Assembly: GCA_028693275.1 (NCBI GenBank)
Contig: JAQUVS010000004.1
Location: 1-59,947 of the forward strand
Direction: 5' to 3'
Origin: Bacilli bacterium
Lineage (GTDB): Bacteria; Bacillota_I; Bacilli_A; RF39; UBA660
DNA length: 59,947 nt
The notes below the pieces were generated by a model. The model did no database searches. It was not told the DNA's origin and was given only the letters and a program-made list of their open reading frames with translations. Shown here in pieces: positions 1 to 9,205 of the stretch. Both the position numbers and the translations under genes were made by a program. Numbering within the stretch: the stretch's first letter is position 1; the number at the start of each line of letters is the position of its first letter.

Positions 1-2
1 TA

Positions 3-79
<77 letters not shown>

Positions 80-110
80 AATTAACTATCTTATTTATAA
101 GACAATTAAG

Positions 111-139
111 ATTATACAATAAAAGATTATATTTTTCAA
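111..139 (-). promoter_or_regulatory. sigmaA-type promoter of tRNA-Arg
   Basis: TTGAAA (134-139), 17 nt, TG-TATAAT (111-116) on minus strand. Confidence 0.7.
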
Positions 140-181
140 TCTTTTTTTGATAATTTATCAAATAAACTCGATATAATTAAT

Positions 182-739
182 TTATGCTTTAGAAACGTAT
201 TTACCATCTTTAGTAGATACTAATATTACGTCTCCTTCATTAATAAATAAAGGAACTCTAATATTCATTCCTGTTTCTAATGTTGCATCTTTCATTGCAC
301 CAGTTGTAGTGTTACCTTTAACTCCTGGTTCAGTGTTTGTAACTGTTAAGTCAACTTTATCAGGAAGTCCTATTCCTAGGATTTCACCTTCATATGTTGT
401 AATATTAACAATTAAATTTTCTTTTAAGAATTTTGCATCATCACCAAGAACATTTTTATTTAACTCTAATTGTTCATATGTTTCCATATTCATGAAATAG
501 TAAACATCTCCCATTGAATAAAGAAATTGAGAATCTCTTTTTTCAATACGTGCTGATTCTATTTTAATTCCTGAGTTAAAAGTTTGTTCTACAATTGAAC
601 CAGTTCTTAAGTTTTTCAACTTAGCCTTAACAATTGCAGCTCCTTTTCCTGGTTTTACATGTTGTGACTCTATTATTGAATAAATATTACCATCAAATAA
701 TATTGTTATTCCATTTTTAAAATCATTTGTATTTATCAT
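182..739 (-). CDS. efp: Elongation factor P
   Basis: MINTNDFKNG start, HVKPGKGAA loop, EPGVKGNT and VPLFI motifs, 185 aa. Confidence 0.98.
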   Translation of the reverse strand: MINTNDFKNGITILFDGNIYSIIESQHVKPGKGAAIVKAKLKNLRTGSIVEQTFNSGIKIESARIEKRDSQFLYSMGDVYYFMNMETYEQLELNKNVLGDDAKFLKENLIVNITTYEGEILGIGLPDKVDLTVTNTEPGVKGNTTTGAMKDATLETGMNIRVPLFINEGDVILVSTKDGKYVSKA

Positions 740-772
740 AATAGTAAAACCTCCTTAATAATTATTTAATTA

Positions 773-937
773 TTATTTTTTTTCTTTATGTGTTGTATGT
801 TTTCTGCAATTAGAACAATATTTGCTCAATTCTAAACGATCTGTAGTATTTTTTACATTTTTACTTGTTCTATATCCTTCTTTATTACAAACAGTACAAA
901 CTAAAGTTTTGTTTTGTCTATTTCCTACTTTTGCCAC
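773..937 (-). CDS. rpmG: 50S ribosomal protein L33 (zinc-ribbon, C+ type); absent from ORF track
   Basis: GTG start after AGGAGG; translates MAKVGNRQNKTLVCTVCNKEGYRTSKNVKNTTDRLELSKYCSNCRKHTTHKEKK (54 aa) with CxxC...KYCxxCxKHT. Confidence 0.95.
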   Translation of the reverse strand: MAKVGNRQNKTLVCTVCNKEGYRTSKNVKNTTDRLELSKYCSNCRKHTTHKEKK

Positions 938-1011
938 AATTCATCCCTCCTTGTTTCCTATATGCTATTATATCAAAAAAAACCAAAAAAGCAAAAACTT
1001 TTTTTAATTAT

Positions 1012-1899
1012 TTATTGGTTTCTAATCTTTTCTAGTAATTTTTCATCAAATTCTTTGTTTTTTATCATTTCTATTTCAAATTTATATGGTGCAAATTTGT
1101 GATCTAGATATGGTGTTTCTAATATTTTTGGAATATCTTCTAACCTTTTGTTATATACAATGTTTATTAAATTATTAAAACCAAGTTCTCCAAAACCAAA
1201 GTTTTCGTGTCTATCTTTTTTTGCATTCTTAGGATTTTTACTATCGTTAATATGAATAGCTTTTATTTTTTCTATTCCAATTATTTTATCAAAATTATCT
1301 AATAATTGATCAAAGTTATTTATATCATACCCTGAATCACTTAAGTGGCAAGTATCTAGGCAAATACCTAATCTTTCTTTTTTATCTACTCTATCTATTA
1401 TTTCTTTTAACTCTTCAAAGGTAGTTCCAACTTCACTGCCTTTTCCAGCCATTGTTTCAAGAAGAATCATTACATCTTGATTATTAGTGGTTAATACTTT
1501 ATTTAAGGCTTCAGCAATATTATTTATTCCTACTTCTACACCAACACCTACATGGCTGCCAGGGTGAAGGACTAAATATCTTATACCTAATTGAGCACAT
1601 CTTTCTATTTCTTCAGTTAAAAATCTCATAGAAAAACTATAATTATCTATTTTTTCTTTATTAGCAAGATTTATTATGTAAGGTGCATGAACTATAACCT
1701 TACTAAAATCAATATCTGACTCTTTTATTTTATTTAAAGCTTCAATGGTTAGAAAATCATTTATTGGACTTCTATTTGTGTTTTGAGGAGCTCCTGTATA
1801 AAACATAAAAGTATTTGCATTATATGACAAAGCTTCTTCTACACTACCTAATAATTGTTTTTCTTTTGTAAATGATACATGTGATCCTATATATAACAT
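1012..1899 (-). CDS. nfo: Endonuclease IV (AP endonuclease)
   Basis: IGSHVS, VHAPYIINLA, VLHPG, LETMAGKGSEVG, CLDTCH, HINDSK, DRHEN, LETP motifs. Confidence 0.97.
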   Translation of the reverse strand: MLYIGSHVSFTKEKQLLGSVEEALSYNANTFMFYTGAPQNTNRSPINDFLTIEALNKIKESDIDFSKVIVHAPYIINLANKEKIDNYSFSMRFLTEEIERCAQLGIRYLVLHPGSHVGVGVEVGINNIAEALNKVLTTNNQDVMILLETMAGKGSEVGTTFEELKEIIDRVDKKERLGICLDTCHLSDSGYDINNFDQLLDNFDKIIGIEKIKAIHINDSKNPKNAKKDRHENFGFGELGFNNLINIVYNKRLEDIPKILETPYLDHKFAPYKFEIEMIKNKEFDEKLLEKIRNQ

Positions 1900-1908
1900 A
1901 ATTCCTCC

Positions 1909-2490
1909 TTATTTTTCATTATAAATTGTTGAAATCCAAAATGTATAACTACCTCTTTTTGTTACATCTGGTAATCCTATTATAGATGGTGGATTTTGAT
2001 CATATGAAATATCTTCTAGACCTGATGATAGATCTTGAATAGTTATTTCCATGGTATTTTTAGCGTTACTTATGACAACAGATTTATTTAGACTAATTTC
2101 TTTTGTTAATGGAATTGCATAATTTTTACTGTCTTGCATTGCAATATAATAAGTATATTCTGGATTAATGTTATCTCCATCATTAATTATAGCTATATAA
2201 CTTTTTTCTTTAATCCAATTATTGCCATATGGTGATACTACTCCACCTTTATTTAAATCTATACTTGATATTGGTATGATTGTAACTTCGTTTTTTTCTA
2301 CTGGCAAAATATATTCGTCATTTGATATTGACGTTTTTACAGCAGATATAAATTGTTTTGCAGTAGTAACAAAAGTTTCATTTTTCGAGGCAATAATATA
2401 GTTACTAATTGATGGTATAGCTATTACCATTATTACTCCTAATATTACTATTACTGCTAATAATTCTATTAATGTAAAACCTTTTTTCAT
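1909..2490 (-). CDS. Type IV pilin-like protein (prepilin 1)
   Basis: Class III signal MKKG|FTLIELLAVIVILGVIMVIAIP with Glu+5. Confidence 0.92.
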   Translation of the reverse strand: MKKGFTLIELLAVIVILGVIMVIAIPSISNYIIASKNETFVTTAKQFISAVKTSISNDEYILPVEKNEVTIIPISSIDLNKGGVVSPYGNNWIKEKSYIAIINDGDNINPEYTYYIAMQDSKNYAIPLTKEISLNKSVVISNAKNTMEITIQDLSSGLEDISYDQNPPSIIGLPDVTKRGSYTFWISTIYNEK

Positions 2491-2550
2491 AAAATAACCT
2501 CCACTATTAATATAGTTTAATTATACTATATTTTATATATAATTAAAACA

Positions 2551-2578
2551 AAAAAAGAATACCTGAGTATTCTTTTTT
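2551..2578 (-). terminator. Intrinsic terminator after pilin 2
   Basis: AAAAAAGAATAC-ctga-GTATTCTTTTTT perfect hairpin flanked by A/T runs. Confidence 0.85.
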
Positions 2579-2608
2579 CTAATCGAATTTTATTTGCTTA
2601 TTTATTAA

Positions 2609-3226
2609 TTAAGCTGCGTAATAAATATTTAAAGTTGTATAAGTGCTAGCACCAATCACGATTGATTGTGCTGCTGCTCCAGCGATTGGAGTAACTGTTC
2701 CTGTACCTGTTGCAGATGCAGTAGTTATACCATAAATTACTGGTGAAGCAAATGTACTAGTTCCGATTGAAGCTGTTGCTAATGTAGCTTCTTTTGAAAC
2801 GCTTGCTCTTCCTAAAGCGTTTTCTTCAGTTAATGCTATATAGTTACCTTTAGCATCTACACCTTGGAAATAATATTTGTAAGCTGGGTCTGCTGCTGTT
2901 CCAACGTTAACGATTGCAACGAAAGAATAAGCATAATTCCAAGCTTCACCGAATGATGAAGTTGTACCACCTTTGTTTAATTTAACATCTTTAATTGAAA
3001 CAATTGTTACTTCATTAGTAGCTAAAGGTAATTGATAATCACCAACTGCTGCTGATGTAGCAACTGCGCTCATGAAGCTCTTAGCTGTAGCTACATAAGT
3101 ATCTTTCTTTGAATTAGTGATGTATTTAGTAACTGCTGGTACAGCGATTACCATGATAACACCAAGGATAACGATAACTGCAAGTAATTCGATTAGGGTA
3201 AAACCTGTTTTGTTTAATTTTTTCAT
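2609..3226 (-). CDS. Type IV pilin (prepilin 2, probable major pilin); start revised to 3226
   Basis: AGGAG RBS then MKKLNKTG|FTLIELLAVIVILGVIMVIAVP; Ala/Thr/Ser-rich C-terminus. Confidence 0.92.
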   Translation of the reverse strand: MKKLNKTGFTLIELLAVIVILGVIMVIAVPAVTKYITNSKKDTYVATAKSFMSAVATSAAVGDYQLPLATNEVTIVSIKDVKLNKGGTTSSFGEAWNYAYSFVAIVNVGTAADPAYKYYFQGVDAKGNYIALTEENALGRASVSKEATLATASIGTSTFASPVIYGITTASATGTGTVTPIAGAAAQSIVIGASTYTTLNIYYAA

Positions 3227-3258
3227 TTTCTTTCTCCTTCTATTTTTATTACATTTTG

Positions 3259-3287
3259 AGTATAGCATTGTTTTTTTTGCTAGTCAA
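3259..3287 (-). promoter_or_regulatory. Near-consensus sigmaA promoter of pilin 2
   Basis: TTGACT (3282-3287), 17 nt, TG-c-TATACT (3259-3264). Confidence 0.75.
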
Positions 3288-3312
3288 TTCCTTTTTTGAT
3301 AATTTTACATTT

Positions 3313-3870
3313 TTAATTATAGAGATTTATTTTGTCTAATGTTATCGTTGTAGAATTAAGTATTTTATTGGCTATATCTACTGGTGTTGCATATGTATTA
3401 ATATTTTTTAATACATATGTTGACGCATTTTCCGTAGATAAAACAGAACTTTTTACTATGTCTATTCCTCTATTTTTTGTTGGATCTGTTGCATTTTCAC
3501 CAATCAACATAACATAGTACACATAATCATATGTTCCTGCCATACCTGAGACAGCTTCTTTTGTTATAGCTACAAAAGATTTTGTTAAAGAATAACTATT
3601 CCCTTCAGGATCTTTCTTTATGTCTCCATCATACACATCATTTAAATAAATTATTGTTATAGGATTAGTTGTATTTGGCCATGCAATATTATCATTTGAT
3701 CTTATTTCTGTTTTTACCTTGCTCACTAACTTCTTAGCATCTGATATATAAGTATTCTTTTTTTGTTTATCTAACATCGCTACTACATTCGGTATTGATA
3801 TAACCATAATTACACTTAATACTACCATTACTGCTATAAGTTCAACTAGTGTAAATCCTTTTTTATTCAT
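3313..3870 (-). CDS. Type IV pilin-like protein (prepilin 3)
   Basis: MNKKG|FTLVELIAVMVVLSVIMVISIP class III signal; AGGAGG RBS. Confidence 0.92.
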   Translation of the reverse strand: MNKKGFTLVELIAVMVVLSVIMVISIPNVVAMLDKQKKNTYISDAKKLVSKVKTEIRSNDNIAWPNTTNPITIIYLNDVYDGDIKKDPEGNSYSLTKSFVAITKEAVSGMAGTYDYVYYVMLIGENATDPTKNRGIDIVKSSVLSTENASTYVLKNINTYATPVDIANKILNSTTITLDKINLYN

Positions 3871-3923
3871 TACTAACCTCCTTATTATAATTAAATTATA
3901 TCATAACAAATAAAAAATGAAAC

Positions 3924-3949
3924 AAAAAAAAGATTAGTTAAACTAATCT
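3924..3949 (-). terminator. Terminator overlapping yebC stop
   Basis: AGATTAGT-taa-ACTAATCT hairpin followed by a U run on the minus strand. Confidence 0.65.
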
Positions 3950-4659
3950 AGATTGTTGTATACACTTTGAACATCATCTATATCTTCTAATACATCAGTA
4001 AGATTCATTACTTTTTCTGAATCTTCTTCACTTAAAGATATTTTATTTGATGCAATATAAGTTATTTCTGAAGTTAAAAATTCTTTAACCCCAAGTTCTT
4101 CTAAAGCTTTTTTTACTGTTAAAAAGTCTTCTGGATCTGAATATATTTCATAGTTATCTTCGTTTGCTATAAAGTCTTCTGCTTTATTATCTAAAACAGT
4201 CATCATAACTGTTTCCTCATCTAATTCATTTGGAATAACAATTAACCCTTTTCTACTAAACATATAAGAAACTGATCCATCTGTACCAAGATTTCCTCCT
4301 CTTTTAGTGAAAGCAGCTCTAACTAATGATGCTGTTCTATTTCTATTGTCAGTTAAACAATCTACCATAAAAGCAATTCCATTAGGACCATATCCTTCAT
4401 ATCTAATATTTTCGAATTCTTCTCCACCATTAGATTTTGTTGCTTTTTCTATGGCATTTTTAATATTATCCTTTGGCATGTTTTGCCCTTTTGCTTTTTC
4501 TATTACAGCTCTTAATGATGGATTAGTATCTGGATTACCATCTGTTCCTTTTGCTGCCACATAAATTTCTCTAGCTAATTTTTGGAAAATTTTTCCTCTA
4601 GCTGCATCCAATTCCCCTTTTTTTCTATGAATTGTTGCCCATTTTGAATGTCCACTCAT
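3943..4659 (-). CDS. yebC: YebC/PmpR family protein
   Basis: MSGHSKWATIHRKKG, NMPKDNI, YEGYGPNG, TDNRNRT, DDVQSVYNN motifs. Confidence 0.97.
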   Translation of the reverse strand: MSGHSKWATIHRKKGELDAARGKIFQKLAREIYVAAKGTDGNPDTNPSLRAVIEKAKGQNMPKDNIKNAIEKATKSNGGEEFENIRYEGYGPNGIAFMVDCLTDNRNRTASLVRAAFTKRGGNLGTDGSVSYMFSRKGLIVIPNELDEETVMMTVLDNKAEDFIANEDNYEIYSDPEDFLTVKKALEELGVKEFLTSEITYIASNKISLSEEDSEKVMNLTDVLEDIDDVQSVYNNLD

Positions 4660-4670
4660 TAAAATCTCTC

Positions 4671-5363
4671 CTATCTTGTTAAAAATTCTAATAAAACCGG
4701 AGATAAAATCAATAATAATATCATTGGTATAAAAAATAAGACAGAAACTACGCTTATCTTGATTGGCATTTTATTTATTTTTTCTTTAATTTCCATCATT
4801 TTTTTATGTCTTAGATAGTTTATTTGATTATCTATAGTTTTAGTTATATCTGTACCATAATTATTAGATTGCGATAAATTAGAAATTATATTATTTATAC
4901 TTATCGAAGGAAGATATTCCATTAAATCATTTAAGGCTTCATCTAATGACTTTCCATATTCAACTGATTTAAGAACTTGATCAAATTCCTTAGATATTTC
5001 TGAATCAATTATAGAAACAGTTAATTCTAATGATTGTTTTAAATTCTTACCTGTTTCTAAAGATAAAAGTAATGTTTCAAAGAACAAAATACTTTCGTCT
5101 TCTAATTTCTCTTTTCTAATATTGATTTTGCTATCCAAAAAAATATTTGAATAAAAACAAAAATATATAATGGTTATAATTGGAGATAAGATATATCCCC
5201 ATTCAAATAAATATATTAACATAAAGAAGATAATTAAGGAAGATAATATTCTAATATTTAAAAATTTTTCTACACTAATAAAATTATGATCTTTACCTAA
5301 TAGATTTATTTTATTTTTATATTTTTTAATAGTTTTATTACTATATAATTTAATACTTTTCAT
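4671..5363 (-). CDS. tadC: Tad inner-membrane platform protein, TadC-like (T2SSF domain)
   Basis: N-terminal TMs, LLLSLETGKNLKQSL T2SSF helix, C-terminal KMPIKISVVSVLFFIP TM; follows tadB. Confidence 0.8.
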   Translation of the reverse strand: MKSIKLYSNKTIKKYKNKINLLGKDHNFISVEKFLNIRILSSLIIFFMLIYLFEWGYILSPIITIIYFCFYSNIFLDSKINIRKEKLEDESILFFETLLLSLETGKNLKQSLELTVSIIDSEISKEFDQVLKSVEYGKSLDEALNDLMEYLPSISINNIISNLSQSNNYGTDITKTIDNQINYLRHKKMMEIKEKINKMPIKISVVSVLFFIPMILLLILSPVLLEFLTR

Positions 5364-5364
5364 A

Positions 5365-6351
5365 TTATAGATCCCCTACTTTCATAATTTTATTAATTAT
5401 AAATATATAAAGAATATATAATAATAGAATAATAAAAATAATAAATAAACCAATTATATTTGTAAATAAAATAGAAAAATAACTATAATTAATTAAACTT
5501 ATTAAAACTATAATTAATATAGGCATTAGTATTAATAATCTTGATAAAAAGATAGATGAAGCTATTAAAGCTTTTTTCTCTGATTCTATTTTCATATTAT
5601 TCATATAGTTTTCTTCTATTATATTAAAAATATTTGCATAATTACCACCGGTTTTATTTAAAATACAAATAGATGTAGAAATATATTTAACTTCTTTTAT
5701 ATTTATTCTTTTAGAAAATCTTATAAAGGCTTCTTCTATTCCAAGTCCAAAAGAAATATCTTTATATATTTTATTAAATTCTTCTTTAATATGGCCATCT
5801 AATTGATTACAAACATCTAATACAGCTTCTGTTATGTTTTTGCCTGACTTAAAGGCATTATTTAATATTGCAATAGCTTGTTCTAAAGAAATAGCTATCT
5901 CTTTATTTACTTTTTTAATATGAAAATAATTATAAATATCTAAATACTTATATCCTATTATTAAAAAGACAATTAAATATAATAAGTTACTATTATTATT
6001 TAGAGATAGTATAACTATACCTAATATTAAAAATACTATTGATAAAACTATTTTTTTAGAAAAGATAATATAAGTATCTAATATATCTTTTTCTTTTGGA
6101 GAAATACTTCTTTTGATAAAATATTTTTTAAAAAATAAGGTTTTATTTAGAAATATTCCTAATTTGTTACTCATAAAATTATATAGATATATAAGGGAAT
6201 CTATTATGGATAAATTACTTTGATTATAGTTAAATGTATAATTACTTATTCTTTTATCTAATTTTGATACAAATTCTAATCTTATAATGAAAATGATTAT
6301 AGCTAAAGACAATACTATAGTTAGTATTTTAATTATATCTATAAAATCCAT
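5365..6351 (-). CDS. tadB: Tad inner-membrane platform protein, TadB-like (T2SSF domain)
   Basis: ILNNAFKSGKNITEAV, DISFGLGIEEAF, NKTGGN motifs and C-terminal TM pair; follows the CpaF ATPase. Confidence 0.8.
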   Translation of the reverse strand: MDFIDIIKILTIVLSLAIIIFIIRLEFVSKLDKRISNYTFNYNQSNLSIIDSLIYLYNFMSNKLGIFLNKTLFFKKYFIKRSISPKEKDILDTYIIFSKKIVLSIVFLILGIVILSLNNNSNLLYLIVFLIIGYKYLDIYNYFHIKKVNKEIAISLEQAIAILNNAFKSGKNITEAVLDVCNQLDGHIKEEFNKIYKDISFGLGIEEAFIRFSKRINIKEVKYISTSICILNKTGGNYANIFNIIEENYMNNMKIESEKKALIASSIFLSRLLILMPILIIVLISLINYSYFSILFTNIIGLFIIFIILLLYILYIFIINKIMKVGDL

Positions 6352-6366
6352 TATATCACTTCCTTA

Positions 6367-7701
6367 TTAATCTATATTTTGGAATATATCATCTATTATG
6401 TCTATGCCTTTTTGTTTTATTTCTTTGTAAGTTTTAGGTTTATACTTATATAATATAAATTCTCCATCTACTTTATTGTTATCTAATAGTCCTTTTTGTC
6501 TAAAGGCAAAAATTTCTTTTATTTTTATATCATCATTACTATCTATTCCTACTACTTCAGTAATAGATGTTACTTTTCTTCTTCCATCAGTTAATCTTTC
6601 TATGTTAACAATTATATCAATAGCTGATTCTATATATTCTCTTATTACTTTAACTGGTATTTCTAAACCACTCATTAGTACCATTGTTTCCAGCCTATTT
6701 AAAGCATCTTTTGGGGAATTGGCATGTAGTGTTGTTAAGCTTCCTTCATGTCCAGTATTCATTGCTTGTAACATATCAAAAGCTTCTTTACCACGGACTT
6801 CTCCTACTATTATTCTGTCTGGTCTCATACGTAATGAGTTAATAACTAAATCTCTAATTGTAACCAAGCCATTTTTAGAAGCATTCTCGTTTCTTGTTTC
6901 TAAAGAAATTACATGTTTTTTATTTAGTTTTAATTCTGCTGCATCTTCAATTGTGATAATTCTTTCATCATCTGAAATAAATTCAGATACAACATTAAGT
7001 AATGATGTTTTACCACTACCTGTTCCACCACAAATAATTATATTTTTTTTAGCTTTAACTGCAGCTTCTAAGAATCTGGCCATATAAGGTGTTAATGTTC
7101 CATTAGAAATTAAAGATTCTATATTACAAATTTCATTTTTAAATTTTCTAATTGTTAAAATAGGACCTTTTGTACTTAATGGAGGAATAATAGCATTTAT
7201 TCTTGAACCATCTTTTAAGCGTGAATCTACTATTGGATTAGAAGTATCTATTGTTCTACCTAGGGGTTGAATAATTCTTTGAATAGTCCTTATTATATGT
7301 TCATCATTTATAAATGAAATACTATTATCTTTGATTATTTTACCTTCTATTTCTACATAAATTTCTTTTGGAGAATTAACCATTATTTCTGTTATATTAG
7401 GATCTTCTAATAATTCTGATATAGGACCATATCCTGATACTTCATTTTCTATTAAGTTATAAATATAATTTCTTTCTAAAGAGTTTAGATTTAATCCTTC
7501 TAAAGTATTATTTACTTCATTATTTATATAATTTTTTAAGGATTCTTTATCATATTCAGAGTGATCAATAAGATTTTGAATTATTTTTATTCTAAGCTCA
7601 TCTAAAAGATTTTTATCTTCAAATACTTCATAATCTGAGACAATCTTTATAGGTTTGATATTATTTGTTATTGAAAAAGTATCTTTTAAAGTTTTTGTCA
7701 T
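6367..7701 (-). CDS. tadA: CpaF/TadA pilus assembly ATPase
   Basis: ITEIMVN, DSRLKDGSRINA, Walker A GGTGSGKTS, TIEDAAEL, SLRMRPDRIIVGEVRG, His box MNTGHEGSLTTLHANS. Confidence 0.95.
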   Translation of the reverse strand: MTKTLKDTFSITNNIKPIKIVSDYEVFEDKNLLDELRIKIIQNLIDHSEYDKESLKNYINNEVNNTLEGLNLNSLERNYIYNLIENEVSGYGPISELLEDPNITEIMVNSPKEIYVEIEGKIIKDNSISFINDEHIIRTIQRIIQPLGRTIDTSNPIVDSRLKDGSRINAIIPPLSTKGPILTIRKFKNEICNIESLISNGTLTPYMARFLEAAVKAKKNIIICGGTGSGKTSLLNVVSEFISDDERIITIEDAAELKLNKKHVISLETRNENASKNGLVTIRDLVINSLRMRPDRIIVGEVRGKEAFDMLQAMNTGHEGSLTTLHANSPKDALNRLETMVLMSGLEIPVKVIREYIESAIDIIVNIERLTDGRRKVTSITEVVGIDSNDDIKIKEIFAFRQKGLLDNNKVDGEFILYKYKPKTYKEIKQKGIDIIDDIFQNID

Positions 7702-7716
7702 TAGATTGCCTCCTTT

Positions 7717-8472
7717 TTATTCGTTTATTAGTTCTTTAGCCATATTAACTAGTTTTTTATAGTCTCTTTTGTCTTTAAAGGTTAAATTTTTATTTAATAT
7801 CAATATTTCTCCTTCAAGGATATATTTTGTTATATTTTTTATATAAAAACTTTCTGATATTGTATAATCAATATTTTTCTTAATGATATTTCTTATATCG
7901 AAATTACTAAAATAATTTAAATTTAAGTCTCTTGAGTTATTTAAAACTAATTTCACATTTTCTAAGTTAGTTTCCTTTATTATAGACATGAATGATTTAG
8001 TATTTTTAATATCCATAAAATCATTAGTCATGACATATAAAATCACATCTGCTTCATCCATAAGTATTATATTATTTTTATCAAAGCCACAAGGGGTATC
8101 TATTAAAACGATATCATAATTATTTTTAGCCATAGTTATAATACTTTCAAATGTTCTTGAATCTATTTTTAGTGAATCTCTTGGATCTTTTGGTGCTTGA
8201 ATAATATCAATGTTATCATTAAATTTTATTACATAATTAGATAGTTTATCAAATCTATTATTTAATAAATCTTCTGTTAGGGTAAAGATTGTATTGCTTC
8301 CTTTAACATTTAAATTTAGGGCAATCGTTCCTTTATTAATATCCATATCTATTAATAAAACTTTTTTACCCAATTCAAAATATATACCAGCCAAATTCAT
8401 GGTTAATATTGTTTTTCCTACTCCACCTTTAGAAGAAGCTAAAATTATTGATTTACCTTTTCTATTATTCAT
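7717..8472 (-). CDS. MinD/ParA-family ATPase, CpaE/TadZ-like (no receiver domain)
   Basis: Deviant Walker A SKGGVGKT, LLIDMD, YDIVLIDTP; directly upstream of tadA. Confidence 0.8.
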   Translation of the reverse strand: MNNRKGKSIILASSKGGVGKTILTMNLAGIYFELGKKVLLIDMDINKGTIALNLNVKGSNTIFTLTEDLLNNRFDKLSNYVIKFNDNIDIIQAPKDPRDSLKIDSRTFESIITMAKNNYDIVLIDTPCGFDKNNIILMDEADVILYVMTNDFMDIKNTKSFMSIIKETNLENVKLVLNNSRDLNLNYFSNFDIRNIIKKNIDYTISESFYIKNITKYILEGEILILNKNLTFKDKRDYKKLVNMAKELINE

Positions 8473-8483
8473 ATTTATCCCTC

Positions 8484-8801
8484 TTATAATTTATATTCTT
8501 TTTTTATATTATATTTTTTAAAACCTACTATTTTACCAAAATAGCTAGGAATTTCTTTTTTTATTATTAAATTTGATTTTACCTGTGTAATATCTGTTAT
8601 ATTAGTATCATTAGCTAATAGAATTTTTTTATTTTTATCTAGGGTATTTTTTTTTAAATAATCTTTATTTGTAATAACAATATTATCTAATTTGTTTTCT
8701 TCATATTTTATATAACTTACGTCTATTACATACCCTAAAAAAGCAATAAGTAATGGTAATAAAAGTACAAAAGAAATTAGTATTTGACCTTTTTTATTCA
8801 T
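8484..8801 (-). CDS. Short TadE/TadG-like pseudopilin
   Basis: MNKKG|QILISFVLLLPLLIAFLGYVIDVS matches the Tad N-terminal pattern G|Q..F.LLLP.L...G..ID. Confidence 0.8.
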   Translation of the reverse strand: MNKKGQILISFVLLLPLLIAFLGYVIDVSYIKYEENKLDNIVITNKDYLKKNTLDKNKKILLANDTNITDITQVKSNLIIKKEIPSYFGKIVGFKKYNIKKEYKL

Positions 8802-9150
8802 AAGTCATAATCCTTTCTACTTTTATTTCATAGGGGTTTGATAATATTAATTTTAATACAGGGTTTATTATTTTAATATCTTTCTTTAAAACAATTTTAT
8901 AAAATGTATCATTTCCATCTTTAAGTTCTAATCTATAATTATTTTTTTCATTATTTATACTATTAATTATTTTTTGATATGAAAAGTTATTTTTGTTATG
9001 AATTTCTATAATATCTGTTGTTTTATTTTCAAGTTCGTTTTTAGTATAGAAAATATTACCAAAATCTATCATAGCAAATATAATCATTATTAAAACTGGA
9101 ATTAATAAAACAAATTCTATTAATGCCTGTCCTTTTATATTAAGTTTCAC
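8794..9150 (-). CDS. tadE: TadE-family pseudopilin
   Basis: KG|QALIEFVLLIPVLIMIIFAMIDFG TadE signature. Confidence 0.88.
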   Translation of the reverse strand: MKLNIKGQALIEFVLLIPVLIMIIFAMIDFGNIFYTKNELENKTTDIIEIHNKNNFSYQKIINSINNEKNNYRLELKDGNDTFYKIVLKKDIKIINPVLKLILSNPYEIKVERIMTYE

Positions 9151-9205
9151 TATACCACCCCTAGTATGTATATATTATATCATATTGTTTTATATTAAAA
9201 CATAA

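Noticed and set aside
3271-3278. T8 tract in the pilin 2 promoter spacer (and A9 in the short tad pseudopilin) as phase-variation switches
   Set aside because: Runs of this length are common throughout this AT-rich window, including the rpmG promoter; read-level length heterogeneity would be needed.
1909-3870. Pilin array as silent cassettes for antigenic variation by gene conversion
   Set aside because: The conserved N-terminal coding regions differ at many synonymous positions, and each gene has its own RBS and start codon, so there is no sign of recent recombination or silent copies.
6476-7087. 203-aa plus-strand ORF
   Set aside because: Fully antisense to tadA, with no RBS or motifs; shadow ORF from codon bias.
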